The notes under the pieces: generated by a model
Seen by the model: the letters and a program-made list of their open reading frames with translations, nothing else
Told to the model about the DNA's origin: nothing
Database searches by the model: none
NCBI GenBank assembly: GCA_965238175.1
Contig: CBDEGZ010000003.1
Location: forward strand, 896,001 to 960,000
Origin: Gammaproteobacteria bacterium
Lineage (GTDB): Bacteria > Pseudomonadota > Gammaproteobacteria > CAJXQU01
Direction: 5' to 3'
Length of the DNA stretch: 64,000 bases
In this document: positions 24,501 through 31,112 of the stretch, piece by piece
Layout of the letters: each line of letters starts with the position of its first letter
Numbering within the stretch: the stretch's first letter is position 1
Made by a program: the position numbers and the translations under genes

Positions 24501-24999
24501 AGCGGGAGCCGGTGGGGGGGCTGGGGCTGGGGGGGATGCTGGTGGGTTTGCTCGGGGGAAGAGAGCTGGTCAGGGCGTGAAATCTGCTGGAGTGGAAGTT
24601 GATAATAATCTATTATTAAGGAAACTTGGTGAGGTAAATGGGAAAGGTGATGTTCTTATTGTTGATGCAGGTACAGAAATCTTTATTGAACCATATGGCA
24701 ATAGTTTAGGTGGAGAAGGTTTTTCATATAACATCAATTACCATTATTATGACGCAGTTGGTAATATAATCCCACAAATGGCTCCTCTCAATGCCTTTGG
24801 GAGAGGAATTCCTGCATTCACCGGACAGGCATTTGTTGGTCAAAATGGAGGTGGTCCTGATTTGCCATTTAGTGCTCCAAATGTGGGGGGGAATAACTAT
24901 AACGGGAGTGTAAGATGGTCAATCTCAATACCTAGACAAGCCTCGTCACATGATGCAAGCTTGGGAGTGAATTTGAGAGTTTACGAGGTAATAAGGTGA
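18598..24999 (+). CDS. Rhs/YD-repeat polymorphic toxin with Sec signal, SpvB-like N-terminus, FG-GAP repeats, TcdB-middle-like region, Rhs core and variable C-terminus
   Basis: GELSVGQSGAAEYNVPIAVPPG...LSLNYSS (SpvB-like); DVNGDG repeats; YD repeats; core RGFTGHE...HMNGRVYDP...NPLSYSDPSG (DPSG at 23977-23988). Confidence 0.92.
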   Translation: MTRQTQTGLGTHPRRVNAFVASLIFALMSLTTSVMQAAVPGLTPGELSVGQSGAAEYNVPIAVPPGTAGMAPILSLNYSSNSGNGPLGVGWSLSGLSAITRCPQTLAQDGQIRAVKFDTQDKFCLDGQRLVVSNGGAYGANGTQYRTEMDNFSLITSHGSGSGSPVSGPNYFTVKTKAGQTMFYGTTTDSNIDSLNGGHVRTWALNQLHDTVGNYINFTYEEDTDKQDYRIARIDYTGNVNGRGPYSSVRFAYMPRPRLAKGYIAGHPFAQRKLMTNIKTYAGETQVKDYRLHYEMTGVVGQPRIEEIKECDGGGQCFNPLTFDWSPELMGYSDSRSIFLVPLKESDGVQWVDHNGDGNTDFCYINKYGTPICHVSNGTMLNQTPISAGFTVNKGYDEGREWIDVNGDGKADFCRVVGNSSNPQIACNTSTGNGLNSAFSGSLSPEGWGQGQGRRWVDFNGDGRADYCRVTGSNRAACTLSTGTGFGQTIIGTGLVYGTGANGKNIRDWEDVNGDGLVDFCRTLTDNSKVCNLSTGTGFDPTPYQTAAHAVSGYSGSTAWVDINGDGNKDLCGLFKEGEIQSKTPLVPGLLENQQYKFTISEARFYAKCNLYTGTGFANTIEKEMLYVPEKSCFSYEGISCDILQREPETNVKLKWKDVNNDGLVDACRFGACALSNGSGFGPLVTGVNTHFENSKTTDEIFADVNGDAIADACYIRFRSQKDDNITCRIGNTRPQMRIIKVTNSLGSPTEIEYKPMTDSSVYSKSADVVPKTTGYPYLDVQAPMYVVSKVKNDNGLGLGITNDVDYTYAGAKVHLKGRGFAGFRWMFAYNRAQGTYAATEFHQDFPLAGMVAYTRSNLIADNSLISQTNNTYNVVARTDGSYFPYLQTSNQVTYELGGAMVKQTVTDYVYDDYGNPISIKVATAGLDQNTFRTETTNTYDASSTAISKWYLGRLTTTAVTQTANGKTATRKSAFEYDINGHGMLMKEIIEPNNPALRLETAYQYDAYGNKTRVTALGGSGSTAITARSTRTEYSGGGHNTGQFPIKITNAMGESETHTYDARFGVMTKLTGPNGLETTWQYDSFGRKIKETRADSTTTTFTRNWCAKYCKTSLTTQSTGSAPALEAFDRLGRIQYVNTYGLGNDLSGSNVYTDLNIINPRIISVATQYNIRGEIKRTSQPFYLQSPIHWTNFTYDALGRPLTETDANGTTGYEYKGLTSTLTNRLNQKTTRRVNARDELIQTTDNLGFNTYYQYDAQGNQTQVTDHLGNITTIDYDARGRKIAMNDPDMGDWEYSYNALGELISQTDAKGQITRMEYDILGRMITRTDAECNSFWVYGSHSNTGASDKAIGKLIYSQKGQQEKIFTRYDSLGRPNEIETRLQFEATNKTYLTQTNYDTLGRVQDITYPASNDYPTGLVVRNHYDANGHMHKVTGPNNITYWQATKQNARGQITEFRMGNGATETQRSYNAINGLVSNINTRNDNGTDNIQKLGFTFDVAGNLKTRRGYDQGNNTNLEENFHYDGINRLIVSQLGDGSHRKQYDYDALGNLTFKTGVGTYDYTNGRPHAVSNTSIGSKQYQYDDNGNMMSGDGRTITWSPYNKPIKIEKDGVQTATQFDYGANRNRIRQVNDQKIIYYVNGLFEQEYDGTTTTDVHYIKAGGSTIAIVKSKGTNDPLETRYLHKDHLGGIESITNEQGNLVQQFSYDPHGKRRAVNWTDDDNVSNPAIYQFDTQRGFTGHEHLDEVGLIHMNGRVYDPTLGRFISADPFVQFPDNGQSLNRYSYVLNNPLSYSDPSGFFFKKLFRNKIFRIVASIAVNFLPGFQALGPLLNAALKGFAASFIGSGGDLRSGFIGAVTMGAFQKLGGAGAIAGKIGGFTGDVVEVVAHGVVGGVSAIARGGRFIQGFLPAGLSSATSLSGFLRNLDDVTQGFAQAVIGGTASVLGGGKFANGAVTSAFVYAAGRVGQARAGAGGGAGAGGDAGGFARGKRAGQGVKSAGVEVDNNLLLRKLGEVNGKGDVLIVDAGTEIFIEPYGNSLGGEGFSYNINYHYYDAVGNIIPQMAPLNAFGRGIPAFTGQAFVGQNGGGPDLPFSAPNVGGNNYNGSVRWSISIPRQASSHDASLGVNLRVYEVIR

Positions 25000-25439
25000 A
25001 AAATCTAAATATTGGCACTTTATCATTTTGGGTTGTTATTTTATTAATCACAGGTTGTAGTAAACAGCAGGAAAATAAGGAGCCCAGAAATCTGACATAT
25101 GGAAAGTATTCGTTGCAAGAATGTGTTGTGCAAGTAAATCTAAATTGGGAGGATGATATTGGGAGTGCTGAGAAGTATGAAGCAATTAAGAATATAGGGC
25201 ATCAAATAGTTTTAGCAATGAATTCTAGAGAATTTCCATTATTTGGTTCAAATACAACTCGCTCTATGAATTACTATCTTTTCTACTACGCTGATAAGTG
25301 CGAAAAAAGAGAAAGGTATACTGAGAGTATAATTAATGATTTTATACTTAATAAAGTAACTAATTTTCCTCCGTATAAAATTCTAACTAAACCTATTAAG
25401 TTTGAAAATGGTGCAGAACCAAGAGGTTGGTGGAAATAA
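24996..25439 (+). CDS. Putative immunity lipoprotein for Rhs C-terminal toxin 1
   Basis: Overlaps the Rhs stop (GTGA); AT-rich; lipobox LITG-C. Confidence 0.75.
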   Translation: MKNLNIGTLSFWVVILLITGCSKQQENKEPRNLTYGKYSLQECVVQVNLNWEDDIGSAEKYEAIKNIGHQIVLAMNSREFPLFGSNTTRSMNYYLFYYADKCEKRERYTESIINDFILNKVTNFPPYKILTKPIKFENGAEPRGWWK

Positions 25440-25562
25440 AATCAAGGGGTCAGCCAGCTTGATTATCTCGATAAGCCTTACTTTTCCTATCTCCACCGTG
25501 CGAGGTTAATTTTGTCGGTCTCGATAATTTTGCAGCCATTTGTGTATGAAAACCCGCCTTAC
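25440..25562 (-). mobile_element. Inverted fragment of the RAYT element right end
   Basis: Reverse complement of about 29845-29968 with about 3 mismatches. Confidence 0.9.
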
Positions 25563-25582
25563 TGAATTAAATAGGGTCAGAC

Positions 25583-25705
25583 TAAGGTAGCCCAGGTATT
25601 CCGGACACTTCAAAAGAGAGACAATACTTTTAGAGGTGAGCCATGTCAAAACGTCAAAGTTATACCCGAGAATTCAAGTTAGAGGCCGTGCGACTGCTTG
25701 AGCAG
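25583..25705 (+). pseudogene. IS3-family left end with truncated orfA
   Basis: IRL-like GGTAGCCCAGGTATTCCGGACAC; ATG 25643 reads MSKRQSYTREFKLEAVRLLEQ and is then cut off. Confidence 0.75.
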
Positions 25706-25721
25706 AAAATAAGTGGGGTCA

Positions 25722-25803
25722 GCAACTGTCTTGAGCCAGCTGCTCATTCCAGGGTTTATCATCTCTCACCATCGCGTTAATCATGACCAATAATTTGCGC
25801 ATG
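25722..25803 (-). pseudogene. IS110-family transposase C-terminal fragment
   Basis: Minus strand MRKLLVMINAMVRDDKPWNEQ, a typical IS110 C-terminal motif. Confidence 0.65.
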
Positions 25804-25835
25804 AGAAATCAAGGGGTCAGCCAGCTTGATTATCT

Positions 25836-28685
25836 CAATACAATATTCGCGGTGAAATCAAACGAACCTCACAACCCTTCTATCTTCAGAGCCCCATTCA
25901 CTGGACCAACTTCACCTACGACGCCCTCGGCCGGCCGCTAACCGAAACCGACGCCAACGGCACCACCGGTTATGAATATAAGGGACTAACATCAACCCTC
26001 ACCAACCGCCTCAACCAAAAAACCACCCGGCGAGTTAATGCGCGTGACGAATTGATCCAAACCACCGACAACCTAGGCTTCAACACCTATTACCAATATG
26101 ATGCACAGGGCAACCAAACCCAAGTCACTGACCACCTCGGCAACATCACCACCATTGACTACGACGCCCGTGGTCGCAAAATCGCCATGAACGACCCCGA
26201 CATGGGCGACTGGGAATACAGCTACAACGCCCTCGGAGAGCTGATAAGCCAAACCGACGCCAAAGGCCAAATCACCCGCATGGAATACGATATTCTAGGG
26301 CGCATGATCACACGCACAGACGCGGAATGTAACAGCTTCTGGGTCTATGGCTCACACAGCAACACCGGCGCAAGTGATAAGGCCATCGGCAAACTCATCT
26401 ACAGCCAAAAAGGCCAGCAAGAAAAAATCTTCACTCGCTACGACAGCCTAGGCCGTCCGAATGAAATTGAAACAAGACTACAGTTTGAAGCCACCAACAA
26501 AACCTACCTCACCCAAACAAATTACGACACGCTCGGACGAGTACAAGACATCACCTATCCGGCCAGCAACGACTACCCAACAGGCCTCGTAGTCAGAAAC
26601 CACTACGACGCCAACGGCCATATGCACAAAGTCACCGGCCCCAACAACATCACCTACTGGCAAGCCACCAAACAAAATGCGCGAGGCCAGATAACCGAGT
26701 TCCGTATGGGCAATGGCGCCACCGAAACCCAACGGTCTTATAATGCAATAAACGGCCTGGTAAGCAACATCAACACCCGTAACGATAATGGAACTGACAA
26801 CATTCAGAAACTTGGCTTTACCTTTGACGTCGCCGGCAACCTCAAAACCCGCCGAGGCTACGACCAAGGCAATAACACCAACCTCGAAGAAAACTTCCAT
26901 TATGACGGCATCAATCGCCTCATCGTGTCACAGCTTGGCGATGGGTCACATCGAAAGCAATACGACTACGACGCGCTCGGCAACCTCACCTTCAAAACCG
27001 GGGTTGGCACCTACGACTACACCAACGGCCGTCCACATGCGGTGAGCAACACCTCGATTGGGAGTAAACAATACCAATACGACGACAATGGCAACATGAT
27101 GAGCGGTGATGGTCGAACCATCACCTGGTCACCGTACAACAAACCGATCAAAATTGAGAAAGACGGTGTACAAACCGCCACCCAATTTGACTACGGCGCG
27201 AACCGCAACCGTATTCGGCAGGTAAATGATCAAAAAATCATTTATTACATCAACGGCCTGTATGAACAAGAGTTTGATGGCACCACCACCACCGACGTGC
27301 ACTACATCAAAGCCGGTGGCAGCACCATTGCGATTGTTAAATCCAAAAAATCTAAAGGCACCAACGACCCACTAGAAACCCGCTACCTGCACAAAGACCA
27401 CTTAGGCGGCATTGAGTCGATTACAAATGAACAAGGTAACCTAGTCCAACAGTTTAGCTATGACCCGCATGGCAAACGCCGGGCGGTTAACTGGACCGAT
27501 GATGACAATGTCAGCAACCCGGCTATTTATCAATTTGACACCCAACGTGGCTTTACCGGGCATGAACACCTGGACGAGGTGGGGCTAATTCACATGAACG
27601 GCCGAGTCTATGACCCGACGCTTGGACGGTTTATCAGTGCAGATCCGTTTATACAAGCACCGGAAAATGGCCAGTCGTTGAATCGCTATTCGTATGTGTT
27701 GAACAATCCACTCAGTTATTCTGACCCCAGTGGGTTCTTTTTTAAGAAATTGTTTAAGAATAAGATTTTTAGGATTGTGGCTCAGGTAGTGCTTGCCTAC
27801 TTCACTGCTGGTCAGTCATTACTGTTTGAACAAGCTGTTGCCTTAGGGTTTGTGAGTGGGTTTGTATTCAGTGGCGGTGATTTTAAGGCCGGGTTTATTG
27901 GAGGGTTAACGGCCGGGGCGTTTCATGGAGTGGGGACATATTTTAAGGGGTTGGCTGGAAAAATAAGCGCTGGAACGCTCAAGGCCTTGAAGGTTGTCGC
28001 CCACGGTGTCGTGGGAGGTGTGTCTCAGGTTGCAAGCGGCGGTAAGTTTGCGGCAGGGTTCTTGTCGGCGGGAGTTACTCAGGCCGCTTCGAATATCGAA
28101 GGTTTGTTTACTGAGGGGGAAGGTATTACACTCGGCAATACGGTGAAAGCGGCGGTCATTGGTGGGACAGCGTCGGTGATTGGTGGGGGTAAGTTTGCAA
28201 ATGGGGCCATTACGGGGGCGTTTTCTAGGTTGTTTAATGATGATGCGGCAGGTCATAGTGGGGAAATAAAGAAAAGTGTTTTCTCAACAGAAGCATCATG
28301 TACTGTTCCTAGCCAATGCGAGCGTGAAAAATTCTACGGTAGGGAGCGAGTAAATAGATACGAAACATTACCGATGTTGACGTCACCATCAAGACCTGGA
28401 AAACCTACTATTATTGATGGCATTGTCTTGGCGATAGATGGAGTCACTCAATCATTTAGTTCTCATTATATAGATACAGTAAAGGTGACTTATACAGAAC
28501 GTCTATATGATGTAACAGAAACACAGTGGGCAGACGGTGGTGAACTAATCGGTCAAAGGACTTATCAGTCATGGTTTCCTGGAGAACGTGTTGGAGATGG
28601 TTTTACACGAAACGTGATTAATAGTGAATGGCAAGGTCTTGTTCATTCCAGTGACAGAAGGAATAAATATAATGTTGATAATTAA
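25836..28685 (+). pseudogene. Orphan Rhs module (5'-truncated core plus a different C-terminal toxin)
   Basis: About 1.9 kb near-identical to 22099-24035 (offset 3737); no N-terminal domains or clear start; sequence diverges shortly after DPSG. Confidence 0.88.
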
Positions 28686-28689
28686 GCAT

Positions 28690-29148
28690 ATGAAAAAATT
28701 AAATATTTATATTACTATTTTTAGTTTTATAGTCATTGTAATCGCTGGTTGTGATGGCTCTTCAATAGAAGATAATGAAAGTTTCAAATTTATAGTATTA
28801 AAAGAATGTGAAGAACATGTCATAAGCTATCTATCATCTATATCTGAGGATATGGGGTTATCAGTTGAATATTTTCCTTTTGATTTCCAAGTTCCCTCAC
28901 ACTCAGAGGTTGTAGGGTATATTGAATTATCCAGTAAATATGAAGGAAAAGAAGAACTAGAAACATATGCAAATGCAGTATGGTTAGATTGTTATCCTAC
29001 GGCTACTGAGCGAATTTCTAGGGGTAATCCTGATTATCCCTCTGAGGTTTTTAGGTCTGTTGAATTAGGTGAAAAATTTGGTGATAAGTCTCGTTATTTT
29101 CAGGTGGGTAAAGATGAGGTTATTATTCATTTTAGACAGAATAAATGA
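28690..29148 (+). CDS. Putative immunity lipoprotein for orphan Rhs C-terminal toxin 2
   Basis: Directly after the orphan stop; MKKLNIYITIFSFIVIVIAG-C lipobox; AT-rich. Confidence 0.75.
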   Translation: MKKLNIYITIFSFIVIVIAGCDGSSIEDNESFKFIVLKECEEHVISYLSSISEDMGLSVEYFPFDFQVPSHSEVVGYIELSSKYEGKEELETYANAVWLDCYPTATERISRGNPDYPSEVFRSVELGEKFGDKSRYFQVGKDEVIIHFRQNK

Positions 29149-29190
29149 TCGGAGATCGGTCAGGGTCAGGCTATCTTTTATCAATTAAAT

Positions 29191-29970
29191 AAAACCAAGG
29201 GGTCAGCCATCTTGATATTTCACTTTGAAGCAAGTAATCTACCCAAATGGCGCGCCTACCAAGAATAGTTATCCCAGACCAAGCACTGCATATCATGCAC
29301 AGAGGCAATAATCGTCAAGTCATCTTTGAAACAGAAGAAGATTTTATAAGGCTTAAGGATGATATTAACCACACCTTATTAAAAGCAGACTGTCAGCTTC
29401 ATGCCTATGTGATAATGAATAACCACCTACACTTACTACTTACACCCAAAGATAAAGAGCAGCTCAAAGTCTTTATGCAATCGTTGAGTAATCGCTATGT
29501 GCGTTACTTCAATGCTGTACGAAAACGAACCGGCACTCTTTGGGAAGGACGCTATAAATCTTGCTTAATCGACAGTGACAACTACCTGTTCACGCTCTAT
29601 AAATACATCGAAATGAACCCGGTGAAAGCCAATATTGTTGATAACTTAGAAGCCTATCGATGGTCGAGTTATCACCACAATGCGTTAGGAAAGAAAGACA
29701 AGCTCATCGCTACCCATCCACTCTATAAGAAATTAGGAAAGACATTTGATCAACAAACAGCTGCCTACAAGGCTTTGTTTGAAGGGTTAGACCTATCGCA
29801 AGATGTTGACATTACCCAAGCGACTCAAAAGGGTGAGGTTTTTGGTAAGGCGGGTTTTCATACACAAATGGCTGCAAAATTATCGAGACCGACAAAATTA
29901 ACCTCGCACGGTGGAGATAGGAAAAGTGAGGCTTATCGAGATAATCATGCTGGCTGACCCCTTGGTTTTC
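29191..29970 (+). mobile_element. RAYT element bounded by short inverted repeats (AAAACCAAGGGGTCAGCCA)
   Basis: Left AAAACCAAGGGGTCAGCCATCTTGAT (from 29191); right ATCATGCTGGCTGACCCCTTGGTTTT (to 29969). Confidence 0.8.
29247..29957 (+). CDS. REP-associated tyrosine transposase (RAYT, Y1/HUH family)
   Basis: MARLPR, HIMHRGNNRQ, HUH motif MNNHLHLLL, WEGRYKS, catalytic Y in YIEMNPVKA, WSSY. Confidence 0.92.
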   Translation: MARLPRIVIPDQALHIMHRGNNRQVIFETEEDFIRLKDDINHTLLKADCQLHAYVIMNNHLHLLLTPKDKEQLKVFMQSLSNRYVRYFNAVRKRTGTLWEGRYKSCLIDSDNYLFTLYKYIEMNPVKANIVDNLEAYRWSSYHHNALGKKDKLIATHPLYKKLGKTFDQQTAAYKALFEGLDLSQDVDITQATQKGEVFGKAGFHTQMAAKLSRPTKLTSHGGDRKSEAYRDNHAG

Positions 29971-30285
29971 GAGGAATTAATTAATAACTATGGCTGGTTT
30001 TCAGCTAATAGACATGACTTTAAAGGTGTTGAAAACATCTTGACCTTTGTAGCAATTTTACTACCGAAGTGGAGTCCAAAAGATATATCACTCATTGAAT
30101 CACAGGGAGATTACATTAACGATTTTGGTCATGATGTATATGTGTTTGATATTGATAACTTTGAAACACAAGCGCAAATAGAGGAAACCTTAATTGGTTT
30201 CCCTAAGGTAAGTCAGACTCCTATAGTTGGGGTGTACGAGGATGGAATTCTTAAAAGCTTTGTATGTGGAATGGAAGAAAAATAA
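29971..30285 (+). pseudogene. 5'-truncated AT-rich gene fragment, possibly an orphan immunity gene
   Basis: Open frame with no own start, beginning at the RAYT right end; composition resembles the immunity genes. Confidence 0.4.
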
Positions 30286-30305
30286 AATGGCAAAAGAAAT
30301 AAGTG

Positions 30306-30644
30306 GGCGGCTTCAACTCCAAAGCGCGCCACTAGCCGTGATTAAAAAGACATGACTTTCCGTCTTGCTAGAATGAGATTGTCGAGATCTTATTCTATTG
30401 GAGAAAAAGCCATGCCTTATCATCATTTTAGCGCAAAAGAACGTCACACCTTAATGTATTTATTGTACTGGGGATTAAGCTATCGAGACATTGGACGACG
30501 CCTCAATCGTCACCACAGTACCATTGCCCGAGAAGTCACACGCAATGGTCGCCTACGAAACTTATCTTACTGTAACGAATTTGCTGATAGACAAGCCTGT
30601 CTTCGTAAGACACAGGCTCGCCATTATCGAAAACGTGGGCCGAG
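30306..30644 (+). pseudogene. IS30-family left end with truncated transposase
   Basis: IR-like GGCGGCTTCAACTCCAAAGCGC; MPYHHFSAKERH...LNRHHSTIAREVTRN (HTH_38-like); cut off at 30645. Confidence 0.8.
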
Positions 30645-30721
30645 CAGGGTCAGGCCTTACATTTCACATAAAATAGAAACATAGAAGCTGTAGAAAATGT
30701 CAATTGTAAGGCCTGACCCTG
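30645..30721. repeat. 77-bp mini-element with 24-bp inverted repeats (GGGTCAG core)
   Basis: CAGGGTCAGGCCTTACATTTCACA vs reverse complement CAGGGTCAGGCCTTACAATTGACA (2 mismatches). Confidence 0.85.
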
Positions 30722-31015
30722 ATGAATCCTAATAGATCATAACCTCCTAATTCACCAAATCCTGCTTGCGCCCCAGCAGCATAAAACCCAGCAAGAAAAT
30801 CTTCACCGGAAAGTTCAGCAGAAACACCCCCGATCGCCCCATGAGCGAGTACTTTTGTAAATCCTTCGGTGTTATGGACCCCATTAAATGCACTAGTAGT
30901 GGCGTATGATATCGCTGCAGATTTAGCAATATCACCAAGACTACCCCCATTCACTGCCGTATTAAAAGCCGAAGAAGCTGCCGCGCATTGAGCGGCATAT
31001 GGACCGCCCCAAAAT
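30722..31015 (-). pseudogene. Inverted fragment of a third Rhs post-core Gly/Ala-rich linker
   Basis: KVLAHGAIGGVSAELSGEDFLAGFYAAG resembles KVVAHGVVGGVSQVASGGKFAAGFLSAG of the orphan Rhs. Confidence 0.75.
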
Positions 31016-31112
31016 ATATTTCCAAATTCATGTTGCTGAGGCGTGGTGATGTAGCTAGAATTCCCGTTCTTTTGTTAAACCCACATTTCGGGCTTGGAAA
31101 CCACATAGTTAC

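Noticed and set aside
25440-25836. Motif-scrap array as a CRISPR array or integron
   Set aside because: Repeats share only a 7-8 bp core with irregular spacing; no attC structure or tyrosine integrase seen.
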